A stretch of 64,000 bases of DNA from Dehalococcoidia bacterium (GTDB taxonomy: Bacteria; Chloroflexota; Dehalococcoidia; Bin125), in contig OZ244557.1 of assembly GCA_965217625.1 (NCBI GenBank), positions 1,799,305 to 1,863,304 of the forward strand, in the 5' to 3' direction. The position numbers and the translations under genes were made by a program. Every line of letters starts with the position of its first letter. Position 1 is the stretch's first letter. The notes beneath the pieces are model-generated. The model was not told the origin of the DNA and searched no databases. It saw only the letters and a list, made by a program, of their open reading frames with translations. Below are positions 57,460 to 64,000 of the stretch, piece by piece.

Positions 57460-58215
57460 CTAGAGGGGCCGCGCCAAGCCGCCGTCGCGCCGCACGCGCC
57501 AGAAGTGCACGGCCAGGAAGATGGAGATGATCAGCGGCAAGCCAATGACGTGCAGGGTGTAAAAGCGAATCAGGGCGTTGGGGCCCACTTCAAAGCCGCC
57601 CAGGAGCAGGAACCGGCTCTCGTCGCCGAGCACCGGAGCGGAGCCGACCATCGTCGTGCCGACGGTGATGGCCCAGAAGGCGAGCTGGTCCCAGGGCAGC
57701 AGGTAGCCCGTGAAGGAGAGCAGCAGCGTGAGGATGAAGAGGATCACGCCCACGACCCAGTTGAACTCGCGCGGGGGCTTGTAGGCGCCGGTGTAGAAGA
57801 CGCGCATCATGTGCAGCAGCACCAGGATGATCATCGCGTGGGCCATCCAGCGATGCAGGTTGCGCAGCAGCAGCCCGAAGCGCACGTTCGTTTCCAGCGC
57901 CTGGATGTCGGCGTAGGCCCGTTCGACGGAGGGCACGTAGTAGAACATCAGCAGCACGCCGGTGACCGTGAGGCCCAGGAACATGAAGAACGAGAGCCCG
58001 CCCAGGCAGTAGGTGTGCGTGATTTTGACGTGCGTGCGATGGATGCGCGTGGGGTGCAGGTGCAGGAAGACGTTCGTCGCGACGACGAGCATCTGGTTGC
58101 GCGGGGTGTTGGGGTAGCCGGTCCGGAAGATGGACTGCCAGACGTAGTTGCGGAAGAGCAGATCGTAGATCTGGTCATTGACGCCCTTGCTGGGGGGTCG
58201 CTCGGCTTGGGCCAC
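57460..58215 (-). CDS. Cytochrome b6-type (N-terminal cytochrome b) subunit
   Basis: Contains the heme-ligand context [37 protein letters not shown], plus a second His pair near FYTLHV...AVHF. Confidence 0.88.
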   Translation of the reverse strand: MAQAERPPSKGVNDQIYDLLFRNYVWQSIFRTGYPNTPRNQMLVVATNVFLHLHPTRIHRTHVKITHTYCLGGLSFFMFLGLTVTGVLLMFYYVPSVERAYADIQALETNVRFGLLLRNLHRWMAHAMIILVLLHMMRVFYTGAYKPPREFNWVVGVILFILTLLLSFTGYLLPWDQLAFWAITVGTTMVGSAPVLGDESRFLLLGGFEVGPNALIRFYTLHVIGLPLIISIFLAVHFWRVRRDGGLARPL

Positions 58216-58218
58216 CGT

Positions 58219-58338
58219 CTAGCGCTCCCACCAGCGGCCGAGCAGCACCATCGCGCCCAGCGAGAAGATGGTCGTCAGCGCGACCAGGGGGAGCTCCATG
58301 ATCTCGGAGCGGAACGGTATCTGCAGCAGCACTTCCAT
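58219..58338 (-). CDS. Possible small single-TM subunit preceding cytochrome b6
   Basis: Reads MEVLLQIPFRSEIMELPLVALTTIFSLGAMVLLGRWWER and ends 4 nt before the b6 start. The start codon is uncertain; track ORF 58219-58407 is longer. Confidence 0.3.
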   Translation of the reverse strand: MEVLLQIPFRSEIMELPLVALTTIFSLGAMVLLGRWWER

Positions 58339-58448
58339 GGCCTCATCCGCTCCTGCCCGGGGGCCGGATTCCGCGCCGGCCCGGGCCGGCACGGAGGCGC
58401 ACATCACCCTCCCGAACCCACCGTTCGTGAAGGATCGTGCAATTCGAG

Positions 58449-58477
58449 AATCTACGGCCGGGCCTGGGCAGTGTCAA
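58449..58477 (-). promoter_or_regulatory. Candidate sigma-70-type promoter of the cytochrome bc-type operon
   Basis: The minus strand reads TTGACA (58472-77), a 17-nt spacer, then TAGATT (58449-54). It lies upstream of the small ORF and cytochrome b6. Confidence 0.45.
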
Positions 58478-58553
58478 CCTGATCGGGCGCGCCGGGGTCA
58501 CCCGCATGGCATCCGGCGCGCTATCTGGAGGGGCCCCTCGGCGACGCGCGAAG

Positions 58554-59630
58554 TCAGCGCGCGGCAGTCGGCTCGGCCGGTGCCACGACGACGGCCGGGC
58601 CCGCGCCGCGCGCGACGACTTGGCCCACCGCCGTCGCGCCGGGCAGGGCCGCCAGCACGTCCGCGGCGTCGGCCGGGTCGACCGCGATCACGAGCCCCAG
58701 GCCGATGTTGAACACGCGCATCATCTCGTCGTCGTCGATCTCGCCATCGGCGCGGATGCGCTCGAAGATCGGCGGCTCGGGCCAGGCGCCGGCCCGCAGA
58801 TGCGCCGCGCAGCCCGCCGGCAGGATGCGCGCCACGTTGCCGGGGATGCCGCCGCCGGTGATGTGCGCGATGCCCTTGCAACGCTCGATCACGGGCGCCA
58901 GCAGCGGCCAGTATGGCGTGTGTGGGGCCAGCAAGGCGTCGGCGAGGGAGGCGCCGAGTGCGTCGTCGTGCGCCGCGAGATCGGCCGCGGGGGCGTCGTC
59001 CAGATGCAGGACGGCGCGCGCCAGGGTATAGCCGTTGGTGTGCAGCCCGTTCGACGGCAGACCGATGAGCGCATCGCCGGGGCGGATGCCGCGGCCGTCG
59101 ATCTGCCGCCCCTTGCGCACGACGCCGACGATCGTGCCCGCGAGGTCGAAGTCGCCGTCGCGGTAGAGGCCGGGCATGTCGGCCGTCTCGCCGCCCAGCA
59201 GCGCCAGCCCGCCGTCGGCGCAGGCGGCGGCGGCGCCGCCGACGATCGCGACCTTCTCGTCCTCGCTCAGGCCGTGGCCGGCCAGGTAGTCGAGGAAGAA
59301 GAGCGGGCGGGCGCCGGCGGTGAGGATGTCGTTGATGCAGTGGTTGACGATGTCCCGGCCGACGCCGTCGAGCCGCCCCAGCCGCCGCGCCACGAGCACC
59401 TTGGTGCCCACCCCGTCGGTCGAGGCGACGAGCACGGGGTCGTCGAAGGCGGTGAGGTCGAAGAGGCCGCTGAACACGCCGACGCCGCCCAGGACTTCGG
59501 GCCGCGTGGCGGCGCGGGCGAGCGCGCGGTAGCGGGGGATGAGCCGGTCGTTGGCGGCGATATCGACGCCGGCGGCGGTGTAGCGGGGCGTCGCGGCGGC
59601 GGACTCGCGGGGCGCAGCCGGATCAGCCAC
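58554..59630 (-). CDS. purM: Phosphoribosylformylglycinamidine cyclo-ligase (AIR synthetase)
   Basis: Contains YTAAGVDIAAND, DGVGTKV, DYLA and HITGGG. Confidence 0.93.
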   Translation of the reverse strand: MADPAAPRESAAATPRYTAAGVDIAANDRLIPRYRALARAATRPEVLGGVGVFSGLFDLTAFDDPVLVASTDGVGTKVLVARRLGRLDGVGRDIVNHCINDILTAGARPLFFLDYLAGHGLSEDEKVAIVGGAAAACADGGLALLGGETADMPGLYRDGDFDLAGTIVGVVRKGRQIDGRGIRPGDALIGLPSNGLHTNGYTLARAVLHLDDAPAADLAAHDDALGASLADALLAPHTPYWPLLAPVIERCKGIAHITGGGIPGNVARILPAGCAAHLRAGAWPEPPIFERIRADGEIDDDEMMRVFNIGLGLVIAVDPADAADVLAALPGATAVGQVVARGAGPAVVVAPAEPTAAR

Positions 59631-61143
59631 CCGACCCCTCGTCCGTGCGCGGCGCGACCCGGGAGAAGCTGGGCGGCGCGCTGTGCACCGTCGCGGTCGC
59701 GACGAGATGGGGGGAGTCGCCGTCCAGCATCGTGGGGCGCTCGAGGGCCAGCTTGTCCATCTCGAGCTGCACCGGCACGGGGTAGTCGCCGGTGAAGCAG
59801 GCGAGGCAGTGCCGCTCGCCCAGGCCGATGGCGCGGACCAGCCCGGCGAGGCTGAGGTAGCCCAGGCTGTCGGCCCCGACGTGCTCCTGGATTTCGGGGA
59901 TCGTGCGCTGCGCGGCGACGAGTTCGCCGCGGTTGGCCATGTCGACGCCGAAGAAGCAGGCGTGGCGGATCGGCGGCGCGCAGATGCGCATGTGCACCTC
60001 GGCCGCGCCGGCCGCGCGCAGCATCTGCACGATGCGCGGCGTCGTCGTGCCGCGCACGATCGAGTCGTCCACGACGGCCAGGCGCTTGCCCTCGATGACC
60101 TCGCGCAGGGGGTTGAACTTCAGGTTGACGCCCAGCTCCCGCAGGCGCTGGTCGGGCTGAATGAAGGTGCGGCCGACGTAGCGATTCTTGACCAACCCCT
60201 CGGCGTAGGGCAGGCCCGACCCGCGGGCGTAGCCGACGGCCGCGGCGGTGGCGGAGTCGGGCACACCGATCACGAGGTCGGCGTCGGCGGGCTCCTCGCG
60301 CGCCAGCTCCTCGCCCATGGCGAGGCGGCTGGCGTAGACCAGCGTGCCGTCGAGCCTGGAGTCGGGGCGGGCGAAGTAGATGTGCTCGAAGACGCAGCCG
60401 GCGGCGGGCGCGTTCGAGGCGACCTGCTCCGACTTGACGCCGTCGGCCGTGATGGTGACGAGTTCGCCTGGGGCGATGCTGCGCACGAAGGTCCCGCCGA
60501 TGTGGTCCAGGGCGCAACTCTCGGACGCGACCACGTAGCCGCCGTCGATCCTGCCCAGGCAGAGCGGGCGCACGCCGCGCGGGTCGCGGGCGGCCATCAG
60601 ACGATCGGGCGTCAGGATGACCAGCGAGTAGGCCCCGGAGAAGGTGCGCATCATCTGCGCGAAGCGATCGCCCCAACTGCCGGGCGTCGCCAGCAGGTAC
60701 TTGCCGATCACCTCGGAGTCGGTGGAGGTGTGGAAGGCGTGGCCCTCGCGCTCCATGCCCTCGCGGATCTGGCCCGCGTTGACGACGTTGCCGTTGTGGC
60801 CCAGCGCCAGCTCGCCCTCGACGCCCTGCAGCAGCAGCGGCTGGGCGTTGCGGGCGCGGGACGCGCCGGTGGTCGAGTAGCGCGTGTGCCCGATGGCGGC
60901 GATGCCGTTCAGGGGGCTCAGCGAACTCTCGTCGAAGACCTGCGAGACGAGGCCCATGCCGGTGCGCAGCCGCAGCCGGGCGCCGTCGCTCGTGCAGATG
61001 CCGGCGCTCTCCTGCCCGCGGTGTTGCAGCGCGTAGAGGCCGTAGAAGGTCAGCCGGGAGACATCGAGATCGGGGGCGAAAACACCGAACACGCCGCAGG
61101 CTTCCCGCATCTGGTCGCCCACGAGTCCCTCCGCTGCAAGCAC
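59623..61143 (-). CDS. purF: Amidophosphoribosyltransferase
   Basis: Contains EACGVFGVF (N-terminal nucleophile Cys), HTRYSTTG and the PRTase loop VVDDSIVRGTT. The GTG at 61122, with GGAGGGA upstream, is a likely real start. Confidence 0.93.
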   Translation of the reverse strand: MLAAEGLVGDQMREACGVFGVFAPDLDVSRLTFYGLYALQHRGQESAGICTSDGARLRLRTGMGLVSQVFDESSLSPLNGIAAIGHTRYSTTGASRARNAQPLLLQGVEGELALGHNGNVVNAGQIREGMEREGHAFHTSTDSEVIGKYLLATPGSWGDRFAQMMRTFSGAYSLVILTPDRLMAARDPRGVRPLCLGRIDGGYVVASESCALDHIGGTFVRSIAPGELVTITADGVKSEQVASNAPAAGCVFEHIYFARPDSRLDGTLVYASRLAMGEELAREEPADADLVIGVPDSATAAAVGYARGSGLPYAEGLVKNRYVGRTFIQPDQRLRELGVNLKFNPLREVIEGKRLAVVDDSIVRGTTTPRIVQMLRAAGAAEVHMRICAPPIRHACFFGVDMANRGELVAAQRTIPEIQEHVGADSLGYLSLAGLVRAIGLGERHCLACFTGDYPVPVQLEMDKLALERPTMLDGDSPHLVATATVHSAPPSFSRVAPRTDEGSGG

Positions 61144-61214
61144 CTCGCCAAGTGCTAAGCGCCGGTCGACGTTCGCTAGCGCGAGTGTATCACGAGGTCG
61201 GCCGCGGGCCGCCG

Positions 61215-61664
61215 TTACGTCCGCTCGCGCTCCCGGGCGGCGCGCCGGCGCCGATGCTCGACCATCAGGCAGCGGTCCTGCACGGACAGCAGCCCGGCCG
61301 CGCGGGCGCGGGCGAGGCCGGCCGGGTTGCGGATGCCCAGCTGCAGCCAGACCGCCTTCGCGCCCACGGCGATCGCCTCATCGATATGCGCGTCCGTGAA
61401 CTCGGGACGGCGGAAGACGTCGACGAGGTCGATGGGCTCCGGGATCGAGGCCAGGTCGGGGTAGGGGCGCTCGCCGAGCACGGGCGCGGTGAGCCGCGGG
61501 TTGACCGGGATGATGCGCAGGCCCTGCCCCTGCAGGTAGCGGGCGACTTCGTGGTCGTCGCGGGTGGGACGGTCGGTCAGGCCGACGACGGCGATCGTGC
61601 GGGCGACGGCCAGGATGGCGTCGACGTCGTCGGGCGGTTGCGGTGTGGGGGCTGGGTCGGTCAC
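61215..61664 (-). CDS. CoA-binding domain protein (YccU-like)
   Basis: Contains ARTIAVVGLTDRPTRDDHEVARYLQGQGLRIIPVNP...VDVFRRPE...AVWLQLG. Confidence 0.8.
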   Translation of the reverse strand: MTDPAPTPQPPDDVDAILAVARTIAVVGLTDRPTRDDHEVARYLQGQGLRIIPVNPRLTAPVLGERPYPDLASIPEPIDLVDVFRRPEFTDAHIDEAIAVGAKAVWLQLGIRNPAGLARARAAGLLSVQDRCLMVEHRRRRAARERERT

Positions 61665-61691
61665 GGCGTGTCTCCTGCCAGAACGGGCCTC

Positions 61692-62453
61692 CTACCAGTA
61701 CGGGCCGCGCACGGGGGCGCCGGAGAGCGCGGCGAAGGCCTCGCCGACGCCCATGACGATATCGAGGCCGGCCTCGTCGTGCTCGCGCGGCAGGCTGTAG
61801 CCGCCCAGGCGGATGCGCTTGCCGCTCTTCTTGACCAGCGTCAGATCCCACTGCGCGATGTCGTGGGCGGGCTCCCGGCCGTGGGCGTGCTCCTGCGCGC
61901 GGGCCACGTCCTCGACGACGAACTCGCGGATCTTCCAGAACGGGATCAGCTCCGTCGTGCCGACGCCGAGGCCCAGGAAGCGCTGCTTGACGGAGACGTT
62001 CTGCCCGGCGCGGTCGGCGACGATGTTGGCCCCGAAGATCGCGTAGACGAGCGTGATGCCCGACAGCGGCAGGACCACGACCGAGGCCAGCAACACCAGC
62101 GGCAGGATCAGGAAGGGCAGCGAGTCGATCCAGACGACGGCTGCGGCCAGCAGCGCCGACATCAGCACGCTGCCCACCAGCGGCAGCAGCATCGTGCTCT
62201 TGGGGGGGCGGATCTCGATGCGCCGCGGGTTGATCGTGACGATGCGCCGGTGCAGGAACAGCTGTCGCGTCGCGAGCGCGTCCTCACCGGCCGGCCCATC
62301 GGCCAGCGCGGGGGGGCGTTCGTCGTTCGGGGGCAGGGGGTCGGCGTGCACGGCCATGGGCGGGGCCAGTATACCGGGGCCGGCGGCGGCGGCGGGGTCG
62401 GTCGGCCCGGCGCGGAGCGCGGCGGCCCGATACCCTGCGCGCATGGATCGCAC
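61692..62453 (-). CDS. Hypothetical membrane protein
   Basis: Two or three hydrophobic helices (MLLPLVGSVLMSALLAAAVVWI, FLILPLVLLASVVVLPLSGITLVYAIF). No recognisable motif. The internal ATG at MAVHADP (62357) may be the true start. Confidence 0.5.
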   Translation of the reverse strand: MRSMRAGYRAAALRAGPTDPAAAAGPGILAPPMAVHADPLPPNDERPPALADGPAGEDALATRQLFLHRRIVTINPRRIEIRPPKSTMLLPLVGSVLMSALLAAAVVWIDSLPFLILPLVLLASVVVLPLSGITLVYAIFGANIVADRAGQNVSVKQRFLGLGVGTTELIPFWKIREFVVEDVARAQEHAHGREPAHDIAQWDLTLVKKSGKRIRLGGYSLPREHDEAGLDIVMGVGEAFAALSGAPVRGPYW

Positions 62454-62673
62454 ACGACTGACCGGGGCGCTGCTGATGGCGGCCTGCGCGCTGCAGGTGC
62501 TGCTCTTCCTGGCCGGGGCGATGAAGCGCAGCTACGCCGCGCTGGCGCTGCCGGTCGGGCTGCTGGTGGGCGTGGGCTCGGTGCTGGGCTTCTGGGTCGG
62601 CTGGACGCTGCTCTCGATGGAGGACGACCTGTCGGGCCTGGAGTACGAGGCCGAGCCGCTCACGCCCGAGTAG
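62443..62673 (+). CDS. Hypothetical small two-TM protein (76 aa)
   Basis: MDRTRLTGALLMAACALQVLLFLAGAM...LALPVGLLVGVGSVLGFWVGWTLL. Divergent from the neighbouring membrane protein. It is the only plausible part of track ORF 62053-62673. Confidence 0.4.
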   Translation: MDRTRLTGALLMAACALQVLLFLAGAMKRSYAALALPVGLLVGVGSVLGFWVGWTLLSMEDDLSGLEYEAEPLTPE

Positions 62674-64000
62674 GGCCCGGCCCCGGCGCCCACTCGGGCC
62701 CGGCGACACGGCGCAGCCCCTCCTCGCCGATCGCCGCCAGCGCCGCCGCGACGCTGCGCTCCCAGCCGGGCGGCACGATCTCGGGGGCGAGATCGGCCAG
62801 CGGCCGCAGCACGAAGCCGCGCTCGGCGATGCGGGGGTGGGGGATGATGAGCGCCTCGTCGTCCAGCTGGAGATCGCCGTAGAGCAGGATGTCGAGGTCG
62901 AGGACGCGCGGGCCCCAGCGACGGCCGGGCGTGCGGCCGGCCCCGGCCTCCACCGCCTTGCACTTGGCGAGCAGGTCGTGGGGGGAGAGCCGCGTCTCGA
63001 CGCGCAGGGCGGCGTTGAGGAACGGCGGCTGGTCGGTGACGCCCCAGGGGGCCGACTCGTACAGCGCCGACGCCGCCGCGACGCTGACCTCGGGCGCGAG
63101 CAGCGCGACGCCGCGGCGCAGGTGCGCCAGGCGGTCGCCGAGGTTGCCGCCCACGCCCAGGAGGACCGTGGGGGGCGGTCGCCAGCCGCGCACGACGGCG
63201 TCGGTCATGCGGGCGACCTGGGCCATCTCTGCCACGTCGTGGACGCGGACGATGTCGGCGCCGTTGGCGATCGCCATCGCGACGGTGGCCGCCGTGCCCA
63301 GCAGACGCTCCTCGACGGGCAGGCCGAGCACGGCGCCGATGGCGCTCTTGCGCGACGTGCCGACCAGCAGCGGCCGGCCGAGGTCGCGCAGCTCGCCCAG
63401 CCGTCGCAGCATCTCGATGCTCTGCTCGGGCCGCCAGCCGAAGCCGAAGCCGGGGTCGAGGATCAGGCGCTCGCGGGGGATGCCGGCCCGCTCGGCGACG
63501 GCGCAGCCGGCCAGCAGGCCGTCGCGGATGTCGGCGGCGACGTCGTGGAAGGGGCGGTTGCGCTGGTTGTGCATGATGACGACGGTCGCGCCGGCCGTGG
63601 CCGCAGCCTCCGCGACGCCGGGATCACCGCGCAGCCCGCGCACGTCGTTGACGACGGTCGCGCCGGCGGCCAGCGCCGCCCGCACGACGTCGGCCTTGGT
63701 GGAATCGATGCTGAGCGGGGCGTCGGTCTCGCGCGCCAGCCGCTCGATCACGGGCACGACGCGGGCCAGTTCGACATCCGCGCCCACGGGCTGGAACCCC
63801 GGCCGGGTCGACTCCGCGCCGACGTCGAGCAGGTCCGCGCCCTCGGCCAGCATGCGCAGGCCCTGACGCACCGCGGCGTCGGCGTCGGCGCGCAGGCCGT
63901 CGCCGGAGAAGGAGTCCTCGGTGCAGTTGATGACGCCCATCAGGAAGGTGCGGGCGCCCCACTCGAAGCGGCGGCGGCCGATCAGGCCGGGCGGGGGCGG
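62660..64000 (-). CDS. folP-folK: Dihydropteroate synthase - HPPK fusion (FolP-FolK); 5' end probably beyond the window
   Basis: The N-terminal part has MGVINCTEDSFSGDG, DVGAESTRPG and GFGF. The C-terminal part has VLLGVGGNLGDR, WGPRVLDLDILLYG and IIPHPRIAERGFVL. The frame stays open upstream of 63940 (..RRFEWGARTFL-MGVIN) to the window edge. Confidence 0.88.
   Translation of the reverse strand, partial: PPPPGLIGRRRFEWGARTFLMGVINCTEDSFSGDGLRADADAAVRQGLRMLAEGADLLDVGAESTRPGFQPVGADVELARVVPVIERLARETDAPLSIDSTKADVVRAALAAGATVVNDVRGLRGDPGVAEAAATAGATVVIMHNQRNRPFHDVAADIRDGLLAGCAVAERAGIPRERLILDPGFGFGWRPEQSIEMLRRLGELRDLGRPLLVGTSRKSAIGAVLGLPVEERLLGTAATVAMAIANGADIVRVHDVAEMAQVARMTDAVVRGWRPPPTVLLGVGGNLGDRLAHLRRGVALLAPEVSVAAASALYESAPWGVTDQPPFLNAALRVETRLSPHDLLAKCKAVEAGAGRTPGRRWGPRVLDLDILLYGDLQLDDEALIIPHPRIAERGFVLRPLADLAPEIVPPGWERSVAAALAAIGEEGLRRVAGPEWAPGPGPTRA

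Overview
Very GC-rich bacterial chromosomal segment; third codon positions are almost all G/C. Nearly every gene is on the minus strand, and many junctions are ATGA/GTGA start-stop overlaps. I did not assign a taxon.

Gene content, by coordinate:
- 1-20.4 kb: one str-S10-spc-alpha ribosomal superoperon, transcribed rpsL-rpsG-fusA-tuf-rpsJ...rplN...secY-adk-map-rpsM-rpsK-rpsD-rpoA-rplQ. rpsN, infA and rpmJ are missing from their usual slots.
- 20.7-22.1 kb: rmuC.
- 22.1-24.9 kb: a visibly less GC-rich accessory islet. It holds a DNA methyltransferase-HNH fusion, then a tightly coupled gene pair encoding a ThsB-type TIR-like protein and a two-TM DUF4231/SLATT-like protein.
- 24.9-36.6 kb: ccsA, an MshA-like GT4 / PIG-L deacetylase / GNAT cluster, folE, hom-(coiled-coil ORF)-thrC, rpsF-ssb-rpsR and glyA.
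- 36.7-39.4 kb: an orphan P-loop ATPase with its own AT-rich promoter, comF, and a moaD-moaE fusion.
- 39.4-43.7 kb: a peptide-type ABC importer (two permeases and a lipoprotein binding protein, no ATPase gene).
- 43.9-48.1 kb: dnaI-like/dnaD-like/dnaB/rplI.
- 48.4-64 kb: purL-purQ, a 7TM-HD phosphohydrolase, a cytochrome b6/subunit IV/Rieske/cytochrome c operon, purM-purF, and a folP-folK fusion.

Main second-look items:
- The TIR-like plus SLATT pair, a candidate Thoeris-like abortive-infection module with no recognisable ThsA-type sensor.
- The methyltransferase-HNH fusion next to it.
- A roughly 150-aa insertion in an extracytoplasmic loop of SecY.
- Long acidic Pro/Glu/Ala-rich tails on several ribosomal proteins: S18 with four exact-period 102-bp repeats, L29, L9, and an S17 tail that reads in three successive frames.
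- A tandem-duplicated DnaC/DnaI-like loader.
- A nested-hairpin repeat flanking the ABC binding-protein gene.

No tRNA, rRNA, CRISPR array or transposase was found. Most long plus-strand ORFs in the track are antisense shadows of minus-strand genes.
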